Shown: positions 27,375-36,929 of the stretch, in pieces
How the letters are laid out: each line of letters starts with the position of its first letter
Numbering within the stretch: position 1 is the first letter of the stretch
NCBI GenBank assembly: GCA_011524535.1
Contig: WTKD01000002.1
Coordinates: 20,868 to 84,867 of the forward strand
DNA length: 64,000 bases
Source of the DNA: Spirochaetaceae bacterium
Lineage (GTDB): Bacteria > Spirochaetota > Spirochaetia > WTKD01
Direction of reading: 5' to 3'
Notes under the pieces: generated by a model
Seen by the model: only the letters and a program-made list of their open reading frames with translations
Databases searched by the model: none
Told to the model about the DNA's origin: nothing
Position numbers and translations under genes: made by a program

Positions 27375-29945
27375 GTGAAAACTAAGAATTTACTTATACT
27401 TTACATAAGTATACATGTGATTGTAAAATATGGTGTGTATTTTCTTGATGAAGAAATTTTTTTGAATGGGTTTGATGAAATCCTTGAAAACACCCGCCAT
27501 ATCGAGTCATTATTCGTTGAATTTTCAGACACTAAGAATCTTTCTTCTGACCTCAGTGATATACGACGAAGATTACACACCATAAAGAGCATTGCTGCAA
27601 GCTGTGGGTTACAGGACATTTTGACGGTTGTACATAAACAAGAAGAACAATTACAAATCTATACTTCTGGCACTCACCAAGAAGAAGAAATTCATCTAAC
27701 CCTAAGGCATCAATTATTGTATGCTATTGAAGCCATAAAAAAATCAATAGATGCCGCTCGGCATGGAAAATTATCGTCAAACACCACAAACAATCTTCCC
27801 AAAATCAAGATATTTTGTTCTCTCAAAAAGTCTAATCTAACATTAGATCTGGCTGAACTCACAATACTAGATGAATGTTCAAGGGCTTCGGTGCTGTATG
27901 AAGACTACGATTCCTACGAAGATGATAGCAGATACGTAGTAGAGGTAATATTTCCAGACGAACCCAATGTCCATATTCTAGAGAAAAATTTAAACGCTCA
28001 TCCTGACATAGAAACCGTCCGCTTAGAAAATATATCACAAAACTTACCAATGTCTTCCAAAGAAAAACCTAACCGTGATGGTATTGAGACAGGAAATTTC
28101 AATACCAATGACTCTCAATTCAAAGAAGCGAAAGGATTACAATTATTTTCTGGCTTTGTACAGCTCGAGCAAAGCATTCATACTTTGGGTTCTGAAGTAC
28201 GTAGGCAGGATTCCCTATTGCAATGGATTGCATCGGTGATTCTAAGAACAGAAAAATACATTCATGCCACGAACGAACAAGAAAATCGTCAATCTTCCCT
28301 GTTTGCTCTTCATGTCGTTGATTTATTAAAAACCATAAAATCTGAGATTCATAATCATGAATTCACCGAATGGATTGCTGTAGAGAAAAATTTGTTTTCT
28401 ACGACTCAACTCAAAAAGACTGTTATGGAAAATCAAATGATAGAACTAAAAATACTATTTCAATCATTTGGGATATATGTTTATAAACTGTCGAAAGAGT
28501 TAGGAAAGCGGGTTCGGTATACATATCATGATATGAGTATTTCGATAGATCGCGGATTGGTAAGTATTGTTTCAAGTCTATTATTGCATTGTATTCGGAA
28601 TGCCGTTGATCACGGCATCGAATTAGAAAAAGAAAGAATAGTACAAGAGAAGAATCCAGAGGGGATCATACGAATATCTGGAACAGAACGATCTGGTATG
28701 CTAACTATTCTTATCAAAGACGATGGAAGAGGACTTAATCTAGAAAAAATTAAATCAAAAGGGATAGAATATGGCTTTTTGAAGGAGGGAACAGAATATA
28801 CCAATGACGAAATCGCGAAACTGATATTTTTACCCGATTTTTCAACAAAGGAGAAGGCAACTTCGGTTTCTGGCTTTGGTATTGGACTTAATGCATTACA
28901 GGAAGGATTAGAGAGGCTAGGGGGAGATATATCGGTTTCTACGGAGGTTGGTAAGTTCACACAGTTTACAATATCTATTCCTTCTAGTTTTGATGTGCAG
29001 AATAATTATATTATCAATGAAGAAGGATATTTTTATGCACTCCCAATGCATCAGGTTAATAGTGTTCGCTACAATAATTCTGAGTCAGATAATACTAGCA
29101 CGCGATTGCAGGAGTTCATTTGTGATAAAAAAGTAGATTCTACTGCTTTCACCGAGCTTTGGGTGCAACATCGTAAAAAAAAGATACGATTTCGTGTAAA
29201 TTCTGTGGAAGGGATAGAACTTGTGACGGTTTTTCCTGTTTTCTTTCCCGTAGAAACGCCTATTCAATCAATTGCTCTGACGAAACAAGGAAAAGTGTGC
29301 TTTTTGCTTCATTTACAGAAATTAGTAAAGACCAAGAAATTTTCTCACACTACTGTTTCTGATGAAACATTGGCAAATGTTCGTTCTTCTTTGAACAAAT
29401 TCATGATGAAACACCAGCCTTTAATGGTTCTTGAATGCGGGGTTCGCGGGATTTCATTGTGTTTTCCTGCTCCGATGGTTATTGAGATTTATGAGTACAT
29501 GAAATTACATTCTGTGCCGTATTCAGTTCCTTTTCTCAGAGGTGTTGTTGTTGTAAATGGAAGTCCGGTACCTGTTTGGGATATCGGTGATTTTCTTGAA
29601 TTATCTATGTATGATAAAGAGACTACAGATTCAAACAAGGCATCCTCCTACGATGAAGAGCATCGCATGTCTTCGAGGATGATTATTATTATTGAATTTG
29701 ATTCATGCCTTGTGGGATTGATAGTAGATGATATTGTTGGAGTAAATAAAAGAAAATCTTCAACTATGCAAGTGTGGAATAATCTCGAGGTGAAAAACAC
29801 ATCCGAATTGAGCAAAAGTTTACTCCAGGCAATGCAGAAAACAGAAAAAGAAACGATGTTATTGGTACACCCACATCAGTTTATTATAGCAATCATTATG
29901 AAAGCTAGCAGTATTATGTATACAAAAAAAAGAAGTATAGCATGA
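27375..29945 (+). CDS. cheA: chemotaxis histidine kinase CheA with an additional C-terminal CheW domain (CheA-CheW fusion)
   Basis: HPt (RRRLHTIKS), H/N/G1/G2 boxes (HCIRNAVDHG, DDGRG, GFGIGL), P5 plus a second CheW-like domain (…MVLECGVRGISLCFPAPMVIEI…); GTG start uncertain (27375/27417/27435). Confidence 0.8.
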   Translation: MKTKNLLILYISIHVIVKYGVYFLDEEIFLNGFDEILENTRHIESLFVEFSDTKNLSSDLSDIRRRLHTIKSIAASCGLQDILTVVHKQEEQLQIYTSGTHQEEEIHLTLRHQLLYAIEAIKKSIDAARHGKLSSNTTNNLPKIKIFCSLKKSNLTLDLAELTILDECSRASVLYEDYDSYEDDSRYVVEVIFPDEPNVHILEKNLNAHPDIETVRLENISQNLPMSSKEKPNRDGIETGNFNTNDSQFKEAKGLQLFSGFVQLEQSIHTLGSEVRRQDSLLQWIASVILRTEKYIHATNEQENRQSSLFALHVVDLLKTIKSEIHNHEFTEWIAVEKNLFSTTQLKKTVMENQMIELKILFQSFGIYVYKLSKELGKRVRYTYHDMSISIDRGLVSIVSSLLLHCIRNAVDHGIELEKERIVQEKNPEGIIRISGTERSGMLTILIKDDGRGLNLEKIKSKGIEYGFLKEGTEYTNDEIAKLIFLPDFSTKEKATSVSGFGIGLNALQEGLERLGGDISVSTEVGKFTQFTISIPSSFDVQNNYIINEEGYFYALPMHQVNSVRYNNSESDNTSTRLQEFICDKKVDSTAFTELWVQHRKKKIRFRVNSVEGIELVTVFPVFFPVETPIQSIALTKQGKVCFLLHLQKLVKTKKFSHTTVSDETLANVRSSLNKFMMKHQPLMVLECGVRGISLCFPAPMVIEIYEYMKLHSVPYSVPFLRGVVVVNGSPVPVWDIGDFLELSMYDKETTDSNKASSYDEEHRMSSRMIIIIEFDSCLVGLIVDDIVGVNKRKSSTMQVWNNLEVKNTSELSKSLLQAMQKTEKETMLLVHPHQFIIAIIMKASSIMYTKKRSIA

Positions 29946-30430
29946 GAGCCGTGTATCTTAACCCCTTTATTGAAGCCTCTTATACCGTTTTAAGGGAGGT
30001 GTTCAAGTTTGAAATCACACGGGGAGATGCAGCAATTTGTACTGGAGCAATCACCTCTGAGGGAGCCGCCAGTACTATAGAATTTTCTGGGGATCTTTCT
30101 GGTAGTTTGATGCTATTGATGAAAGAGGACATTGCAATAAAAATTGCTTCAAGAATGCTTGAGAATATTGAGATGGATGCAATTACCACCCTAGGAAATC
30201 TCGGAAAAGCATCGATTACCGAAGTGGCAAATATGATAACTGGAAGATCAATTACGAGGCTAAGCAGGCTTGGATTCCATTTGAGCCTTAGTCCTCCAAC
30301 GTTGGTGCTTGGAAACAAAGTGATAGAAATCAAAGACATACCTTACTTTCGAATACCGTTGTCCTTGAGTGTAGGAATTGTAAACCTATATGTAGCGATA
30401 CGCGAAGGAGAAAAAAAATATGAGAAATAA
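29942..30430 (+). CDS. cheX: CheX/CheC-family chemotaxis phosphatase
   Basis: 162 aa, CheX-like fold, position between cheA and cheY as in Borrelia flaA operon. Confidence 0.75.
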   Translation: MRAVYLNPFIEASYTVLREVFKFEITRGDAAICTGAITSEGAASTIEFSGDLSGSLMLLMKEDIAIKIASRMLENIEMDAITTLGNLGKASITEVANMITGRSITRLSRLGFHLSLSPPTLVLGNKVIEIKDIPYFRIPLSLSVGIVNLYVAIREGEKKYEK

Positions 30431-30800
30431 AGGACGTAGTAAAATAATAATTGCCGATGATTCTATGTTCATCGTCAGACAACTCACTCAAATAATGATG
30501 TCAGGAGGCTATACAATTACCGAATCGGTTTTAAATGGTATTGAAGCGGTTGATAGCTATAAACGTCATTATCCCGAAGTGAAATTGATAACACTCGATA
30601 TAACAATGCCTGGCATGACTGGGATAGAAGCTTTGGAGTTGATATTGGAGTTTGACCCAGAAGCAACCGTTGTCATGGTGAGTACACTTGGTACTGAAAG
30701 ACTTGTGCGCAAATCACTGGTTGCAGGAGCCAAGGGCTATATATTAAAACCACTAAAGCGTGATCGAGTTTTAAAAAGGTTAGTAAAAGCTATGGAGTAA
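30420..30800 (+). CDS. cheY: chemotaxis response regulator CheY
   Basis: receiver domain: IIADDS…LDITMPGMTG…KGYILKP. Confidence 0.85.
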   Translation: MRNKGRSKIIIADDSMFIVRQLTQIMMSGGYTITESVLNGIEAVDSYKRHYPEVKLITLDITMPGMTGIEALELILEFDPEATVVMVSTLGTERLVRKSLVAGAKGYILKPLKRDRVLKRLVKAME

Positions 30801-30869
30801 GTATTTCGTTAAAGAAGGGCAGGGATATTCAAAAAGACTACCTGCCACTCCTTTCACGAAAATCCATGA

Positions 30870-31088
30870 TTACACAGCTTTTATCTTTCGACCTCTTCGC
30901 GCGATGGCTGTTTTTTGCACCGCAGCGAGGATCGGTATCGCTTCTTCTGATATGCTGTATTTTTCATCTTTTACGACTAGATTCGCATGTTGTGGATAAA
31001 ACTTTCGCAATTTACGAAGCCTCTCGTAAGCAGCTTGACGAGATATTGACTCCCGCTCTGCATATTGTTGTACAGTTATTCTGTTCAT
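30870..31088 (-). CDS. small HTH DNA-binding protein (Xis/AlpA- or MerR-like), hypothetical
   Basis: 72 aa, QYAERESISRQAAYERLRKL helix-turn-helix; adjacent to tRNA pair. Confidence 0.4.
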   Translation of the reverse strand: MNRITVQQYAERESISRQAAYERLRKLRKFYPQHANLVVKDEKYSISEEAIPILAAVQKTAIARRGRKIKAV

Positions 31089-31169
31089 AACTCGGTCCTT
31101 CCTTATTTTGATTATAGTACTATTTTTAGTAATATGTTAAGCCTTGAGATAACAAGTTTTTGTATATAT

Positions 31170-31706
31170 TTATTTTTTTATGTATTGAAACTGCGCTACA
31201 TCTCCTAACTGAATGCTGTCACGTAAAAACCATTCGGTTTTTGCGTCATTTTCAATGACCCACCTAATTCCTGATCCTAACATTTTTGGAATCACCGTGA
31301 TAATCAATTCATCAATTATCTGCAGTCTCATTAATTCGCTTGCTAGTTTTCCTCCTCCGATGAGCCACATCCTCCCTTCACATCGATCCTTCTCCGTAAT
31401 AAGAGAGTCCAGATCTTTTAGAAAGGTTAGTGGTTCTGATGTACTTCCATTGTAATATCTTACGTTATTAGTAACAATATATCCCTTTTTGTCAACGTAG
31501 GGGTACTCGCCCATTCTTGATATCACTTCGTATGTCCGTCTTCCCATAATGACCGACGATACGGTTTCATAATAATCGCGGTAAGCATACGGACTTCTTT
31601 CGAAGGCTTCATTATTGCCGAAATCTTCGAGCCACTGAAGGCTGTCGTTCTCTTCTGCGATATATCCATCGATACTCATTGCAAAATAATATGATAGTAT
31701 TCCCAT
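31170..31706 (-). CDS. dihydrofolate-reductase-like (RibD C-terminal domain) family protein
   Basis: MSIDGYIA…MGRRTYE…LIGGGKLASELMRLQIIDELIITVIPKMLG. Confidence 0.7.
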   Translation of the reverse strand: MGILSYYFAMSIDGYIAEENDSLQWLEDFGNNEAFERSPYAYRDYYETVSSVIMGRRTYEVISRMGEYPYVDKKGYIVTNNVRYYNGSTSEPLTFLKDLDSLITEKDRCEGRMWLIGGGKLASELMRLQIIDELIITVIPKMLGSGIRWVIENDAKTEWFLRDSIQLGDVAQFQYIKK

Positions 31707-31844
31707 TAATTACCTCAATAGATATATTGGACATTTTAAACGAAACTTTAGCTTGATTTAGGAATAGACTGCTTTGTATGTTGCGGCTCTAAATTTTTGA
31801 AACATTCGAACGAATTATTCGTCAATGGGAGGGAATTACGTTTC

Positions 31845-31929
31845 TGCCGAAGGCGGGACTTGAACCCGCACGACGTTTTAGGTCAAAGGATTTTAAGTCC
31901 TCCGTGTCTACCAATTCCACCACTTCGGC
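31845..31929 (-). tRNA. tRNA-Leu (anticodon TAA)
   Basis: 85 nt, 7-bp acceptor GCCGAAG/CTTCGGC, anticodon loop CUUAAAA, long variable arm, T-loop GGTTCAAGTCC. Confidence 0.85.
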
Positions 31930-31989
31930 ATGTTCTATTTTGAAAGATCAGCTACGAGAGGGTCAAGTATGATTTACAGTATACATTTC

Positions 31990-32018
31990 TTGCAGCAACA
32001 TGAAGAATTGAGTATTAT
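31990..32018 (+). promoter_or_regulatory. candidate sigma70 promoter for tRNA-Gly (TTGCAG-N17-TATTAT)
   Basis: -35/-10 hexamers with 17-nt spacer ending 13 nt before mature tRNA 5' end. Confidence 0.3.
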
Positions 32019-32031
32019 GAAAAAAATATAT

Positions 32032-32103
<72 letters not shown>

Positions 32104-32109
32104 AATTAT

Positions 32110-32430
32110 ATGGGGGAACACATGGGAACAAGAGGGGAATTGTTTTCTGTCCGATTTCCTGCTATGAACAAAAGCAGGACATACTTTTTTAATGTTAAGA
32201 AAAATAGAAAGGGAGACATCTTTTTGTCGGTTGTTGAAAGTAAACCACAAGAAGGACACAGCTATTTTGAACGTTTTCAGGTAGTGTTTTTTGAAGACGA
32301 TATCGGGGCTTTGGAACACGCTATTAGTGAGGTTATGGGTTTTGTGAAGAAGAATGGCATCCCCGAAATGTCTTCCGATGAATGGCACTCAATCCGCAGG
32401 ATTGAATTGCCCGACGATGAGCAAGGGTAG
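32110..32430 (+). CDS. PUR-alpha-like nucleic-acid-binding protein (DUF3276; Borrelia Bpur homologue)
   Basis: ELFSVRFPAMNKSRTYFFNVKKNRKGDIFLSVVESK… PUR repeat; start after tRNA-Gly (ORF-track start 32074 overlaps tRNA). Confidence 0.6.
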   Translation: MGEHMGTRGELFSVRFPAMNKSRTYFFNVKKNRKGDIFLSVVESKPQEGHSYFERFQVVFFEDDIGALEHAISEVMGFVKKNGIPEMSSDEWHSIRRIELPDDEQG

Positions 32431-32920
32431 GATACCCTTTGTGTTTTTCAAAACCGTATTGCGGAAAATGTTTTGAATAATGGATCATCACAAGATCTCT
32501 AGCATGCTTAGCCAATATTGATGCTGCTTGTATTTCAGGGATAACCGCGTCACCTTTTATGATTGGGATACTTCGTATGCCAATCTTTGGATCATCTTTT
32601 CCGTCGACTAAGGCAGTCATGGGCTTTTTCACGCCTTTTTCATGTAAAAGGGTTGCTAAGCGTTGATAGGCACGTGCCATGGCTATACATGTTGCGTTGC
32701 GTATATTTATTGCGTCGATTTCATGGGGAGAGGCATAACCAGAGCTCCAGAGGGCTCCAATTCTCCGTAATGTATGAACAAGGGATGCTCTCGTAGCTGG
32801 AGGTATTTGTTTTGAATCGAACAATTCTTTGGGACAACGCGTGGGTAGAAAGACAGCTACAGCCCATACGGGTCCTGCTAGAGGTCCACGACCAACTTCG
32901 TCTATTCCACAATACGTCAT
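32333..32920 (-). CDS. rnhB: ribonuclease HII
   Basis: MTYCGIDEVGRGPLAGPV… catalytic DEDD motif region. Confidence 0.85.
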   Translation of the reverse strand: MTYCGIDEVGRGPLAGPVWAVAVFLPTRCPKELFDSKQIPPATRASLVHTLRRIGALWSSGYASPHEIDAINIRNATCIAMARAYQRLATLLHEKGVKKPMTALVDGKDDPKIGIRSIPIIKGDAVIPEIQAASILAKHARDLVMIHYSKHFPQYGFEKHKGYPTLAHRRAIQSCGLSAIHRKTFRGCHSSSQNP

Positions 32921-32969
32921 ACCCGTATATCATAATCTTAGTTATTTGGTATGCATACCGTGAAATACT

Positions 32970-35642
32970 ATGAAACTTAATACCGTTCACATCTTTGGAT
33001 TTAAGACTTTTGCTGAGAAATCTCTCATCGATTTTCAGCATAACCGCACCGCTATCGTTGGGCCAAATGGTAGTGGGAAAAGTAATATCGTAGATGCGAT
33101 AAAATGGGTTCTTGGAGATCAATCCACCAAGAGTATTCGCGTACAAAAAATGACCGAGGTGATTTTCAACGGAGCGAAGGATCGTCCACCTGTAAATGTT
33201 GCTGATGTAAGTATTCAATTTGACAACAGCTCGCGGTCCTTGGGAATTGATTCGGATACGGTCTCGATTAGAAGAATTTTGTATCGCGATGGCAATACGG
33301 AATACAAGATAAATAATAAATCCGTTCGTTTACGCGATGTTCGTGAACTTTTTTATGATTCCGGTGTGGGATTGTTGGAATACGCGATATTAGAACAGGG
33401 AAAGATCGATCAGTTATTATCTTTACGCCCGGAACAACGACTGCAATATTTCGATGAAGCCGCCGGTATCTCTTCTTTGCGCATAAAGGGACGTGACATT
33501 GAAAATAATCTTGCCCGCATAACTAATGATTTAAAAACACTGCAGTCTTCGATACAAGAGTTAACCAGTCAAAAAATCGTACGTGATGTGCAAGCAGAAG
33601 AACTTGAACGCTTTCAACGATTTACAAAGGAATTACAGAGGGTAAAGGGTACACTTGGGCTGAAAGATTTACAAAACATTCGGCAAGAGTATAGTCGTTT
33701 GGAAGAAAAAAATGGTTCACTTGCTGCTCGGTCAGAAGTAATCGCTCAAGCCACGACTGCAAATCGAGGGGAAATCGAAGAAGAACAGAAAAATATTCAA
33801 GAATTAGAACGTACACGTGCACGTGAAGAAATCCACTTGATCGAAGAACAAATGAAAAGAGAATCTTTCGAGAAAGAAAAAACATACATAAAAGCAGAAT
33901 GCGAGAGAAATGAGCATCAGTTAAAACAGAGGTCTAATCGCCTTTCGCAATTATTGTCGGATATTTCCAAACAAGCTGAGGCGCAAATTTTGCAAAAGAA
34001 ACGTCTTGATCTGTTGCAGAAAGACGTTTGTTCATTGGAAGAAAAAAAGCAAAAAACACAGGCAGATTTTGAAAAAACTACGGAAGAAATAGAAACCTGT
34101 TCAACTGCATTGACGGCTGGTCGTGAAAGGATTGCAGAGCTGAGAGCTCGTGTAGAATCACTTCAGAAAGAACGAGTTGATGCATTCAATGAACTCGTTC
34201 AATTTATTGTGGAATATATAGATTCTTCACAGCAGATGGATTCAGATGATCTGATTTGCTCGGTTTTTGAGCATGTAAGACGAGGAAAAGAAGCCATTTC
34301 TAATGAGAAACTGGACGAGTCGAAGAAATATGCGGTGCTTGTTGAATGCCTTGCGGTATTAGAACGGTTTGTTACAATTGCAGGTGAGACAGTGCAGAAA
34401 CTTGTCGAGCACGGTAGCAAAAGACGGGACGTGGAGAAAGAAATGTCTATTCTTCAAGAAGAAGAGCGCAGGTTACAGACGACATGTGGCGAAAAGACGG
34501 AACTCCTTACATCATTGAGGAACTCTCAGACTCAATTACGAACAACTATGAATGAGTTGTTGAAAAAAATAGAATTACAACACGCCGAAACCAATTTTAT
34601 TTCACAACGTTTGCTTGAAAGTGAAGCCACAACCAAAAGAAATGAGCAAAACAGAAAGGATCTTGAGGAAGAATGCAATGGTCTTCGAAAACGTGTGCAG
34701 GAATCTACCGAGAAAATTGCAGAGTTTAAACAAGATTCGCCATCGTATTCTAACGCTCAAAACATCATCTTGAAATTAGACAAGCAATTGGCGTTAAAAA
34801 AGAAGAGCTTACGCGATTATGGCTCTCAATCTACAGAATTAGACGCGCAGAAAACAGATATAGACCGGAAGAGACAGAAAAACAGTCTTTCAATGGTCCG
34901 GTTGAGTGAACGCATTGATCAGTTGGAAGAAAAACAAGCTCATGAAGATTATAGCGCTGATCCCCTCATGCAAGAGGAATATAAAGTGCTAAAAGATCGT
35001 CATGAATTGTTGGTTCGTGAAATAGGAGCAATAGGAAAAGTAAATTTTCTTGCTTTAGATGAACGTAAAGAAATCGATACCAAACTCAATGCTCTTATGT
35101 CCCAAGAGACCGATATTCAAGACTCTCTCAACGATCTACTGGTTGTTTATACAGAAGTTCAAACCACGGCTGCCAAGCGAGTACGTGCCACAATAGAAAA
35201 AATAGATAATACATTTAATGGTGTATTTCAGACATTGTTTTCTGGAGGTGCTGCTAACATCGAACTTGTTGATGATGAAGATATAGCACAGGGCATACGG
35301 ATTATTGCAAAACCTCCAGGGAAAAAGCCACATGATATCGGGCAATTATCGGGTGGAGAGCGCACGTTAACCGCAATTGCATTGCTATTTGCTACATTTC
35401 TCGTGCAACCGTCCCCGTTTTGCATTCTTGATGAGGTTGATGCTATGTTAGATGATTTTAATATCAGGCGTTTTTTGAGTATGCTATATAAGTATTCGAA
35501 AAATACTCAGTTTGTTATTGTGACTCACAATGTGCAAACAATGGCCGCAATGGATGGACTTGTTGGAGTAGCCATGGAAGAACTAGGGGTATCTAGATTG
35601 GTTTCGGTGAAGATCAACGAGGAATTGTATGCAAATGTATAA
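32970..35642 (+). CDS. smc: chromosome segregation SMC-family ATPase (short spirochete type, 890 aa)
   Basis: N-terminal Walker A GPNGSGKSN, long coiled coil, C-terminal LSGGERTLTAIALLFA…ILDEVDAMLD. Confidence 0.8.
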   Translation: MKLNTVHIFGFKTFAEKSLIDFQHNRTAIVGPNGSGKSNIVDAIKWVLGDQSTKSIRVQKMTEVIFNGAKDRPPVNVADVSIQFDNSSRSLGIDSDTVSIRRILYRDGNTEYKINNKSVRLRDVRELFYDSGVGLLEYAILEQGKIDQLLSLRPEQRLQYFDEAAGISSLRIKGRDIENNLARITNDLKTLQSSIQELTSQKIVRDVQAEELERFQRFTKELQRVKGTLGLKDLQNIRQEYSRLEEKNGSLAARSEVIAQATTANRGEIEEEQKNIQELERTRAREEIHLIEEQMKRESFEKEKTYIKAECERNEHQLKQRSNRLSQLLSDISKQAEAQILQKKRLDLLQKDVCSLEEKKQKTQADFEKTTEEIETCSTALTAGRERIAELRARVESLQKERVDAFNELVQFIVEYIDSSQQMDSDDLICSVFEHVRRGKEAISNEKLDESKKYAVLVECLAVLERFVTIAGETVQKLVEHGSKRRDVEKEMSILQEEERRLQTTCGEKTELLTSLRNSQTQLRTTMNELLKKIELQHAETNFISQRLLESEATTKRNEQNRKDLEEECNGLRKRVQESTEKIAEFKQDSPSYSNAQNIILKLDKQLALKKKSLRDYGSQSTELDAQKTDIDRKRQKNSLSMVRLSERIDQLEEKQAHEDYSADPLMQEEYKVLKDRHELLVREIGAIGKVNFLALDERKEIDTKLNALMSQETDIQDSLNDLLVVYTEVQTTAAKRVRATIEKIDNTFNGVFQTLFSGGAANIELVDDEDIAQGIRIIAKPPGKKPHDIGQLSGGERTLTAIALLFATFLVQPSPFCILDEVDAMLDDFNIRRFLSMLYKYSKNTQFVIVTHNVQTMAAMDGLVGVAMEELGVSRLVSVKINEELYANV

Positions 35643-36909
35643 AAAACGCACCAGGGTTTTAGGTCTGTGCTGCTTGACTCTTCTATTTGCATCCTGCGAA
35701 TCTTTACCAGAAGTTATGCTACCTCCTTCTGATCCTAGTGAATCGGGTGCGGGATTCTTGTTAGTAGATCCTCCCAAGACTCCTCCTGAGGTAGAGAATG
35801 AAGATCAGGCAGATATGCCCCCCGATACCGAGACAGATGAAGATTCGGAGCAAGAAACTGTTTCGGATGAGGTGGAATCTTCTTCAGACACACAAGCCAG
35901 CGAAGAATCTGAAATTGAAATTCAGCCGCCTAACAATCAGGATGAGCCCGGCAGCAATGAGGAACGCAACGAAGGAAGCTCTAACATAGAGAATGAAATC
36001 GATGAGCAGTTGGAAGAAGAACAACTTTCTCCATCCTCTGATACAATGTCCCCTCCGAATAATGCTGTTTCGGAGCAAGTCCCCCCTATAACTGAAAGTA
36101 AAGGCATAGAAATTCCTCAATTGCAATCCAGTGAATCGCGAGTACCCAATCAAACCAATAATTCTCGCACACGAGTAGATGATCAGCGAGTACTCTCTGG
36201 GGCATCGAATGTTTCCAGAGATGATCGAAGCACTTCAGAAATATTGATTGTTCCAGTAAACAAGGAGTTTTCTGTTGTTATTCAAAATGTAGGTTGGATT
36301 TTCGTTTCTTCGACCGGAATAGCGGTAGAATTACAGCGTTCTGTTCCTCAATCAGATAGCACCATGTTTTTCTTTATGGCTAGCGCGGTAGGAGCCAGTA
36401 CTTTGGGATTTGAACGGTATGATCTTGGTGCCGGTACGGATTATTTTCATACCGCAAACATAACTATAGTGCCCGAGAAGGATGATTCAGCTTCTGAGGA
36501 TACTTCGATGAATGCCAGTATTCTGGGAGCAGATAGCACAGAAAATGGTGAAGCATTTTCGGTGGAGACCGCAAGTTTGGCTGAACTAGCAAATTTTTTA
36601 GAAAGGGAAGATCTAAAAGATTACCAGAGTGCCGAAGTGTTCAAGCGACTACACAGTGAAATTGAAAACGGTCGTGTTGAGGGTGTGCTTCCTATTCTTC
36701 GCATCTTATTAGTAAGAGACAAGGACAACCTCGATGCTACGTATTATCATCTTGGCGCAGCATATGAGACAAGTTCTTCGTTTCAGGACGTTGAAAGTGC
36801 TGTTTCATTCTATCGATTGGTGCAAACGCGTTTCCCATTGAGTGAATATTACGATAAGGCACATAGGCGTAGAGAATTTTTGGAGCGAAATTTTATTCAG
36901 TTACGGTAA
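35629..36909 (+). CDS. lipoprotein with long acidic Ser/Glu/Asp-rich low-complexity region and C-terminal helical (TPR-like) domain
   Basis: lipobox LLFASC, ~150 aa D/E/S-rich segment. Confidence 0.5.
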   Translation: MQMYKKRTRVLGLCCLTLLFASCESLPEVMLPPSDPSESGAGFLLVDPPKTPPEVENEDQADMPPDTETDEDSEQETVSDEVESSSDTQASEESEIEIQPPNNQDEPGSNEERNEGSSNIENEIDEQLEEEQLSPSSDTMSPPNNAVSEQVPPITESKGIEIPQLQSSESRVPNQTNNSRTRVDDQRVLSGASNVSRDDRSTSEILIVPVNKEFSVVIQNVGWIFVSSTGIAVELQRSVPQSDSTMFFFMASAVGASTLGFERYDLGAGTDYFHTANITIVPEKDDSASEDTSMNASILGADSTENGEAFSVETASLAELANFLEREDLKDYQSAEVFKRLHSEIENGRVEGVLPILRILLVRDKDNLDATYYHLGAAYETSSSFQDVESAVSFYRLVQTRFPLSEYYDKAHRRREFLERNFIQLR

Positions 36910-36929
36910 GATATAGTACAGAAAGAAAA

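Noticed and set aside
30866-31090. + strand 74-aa ORF overlapping the small HTH gene
   Set aside because: The minus-strand reading has a clear helix-turn-helix segment. The + strand product is a hydrophobic or Leu-rich artefact.
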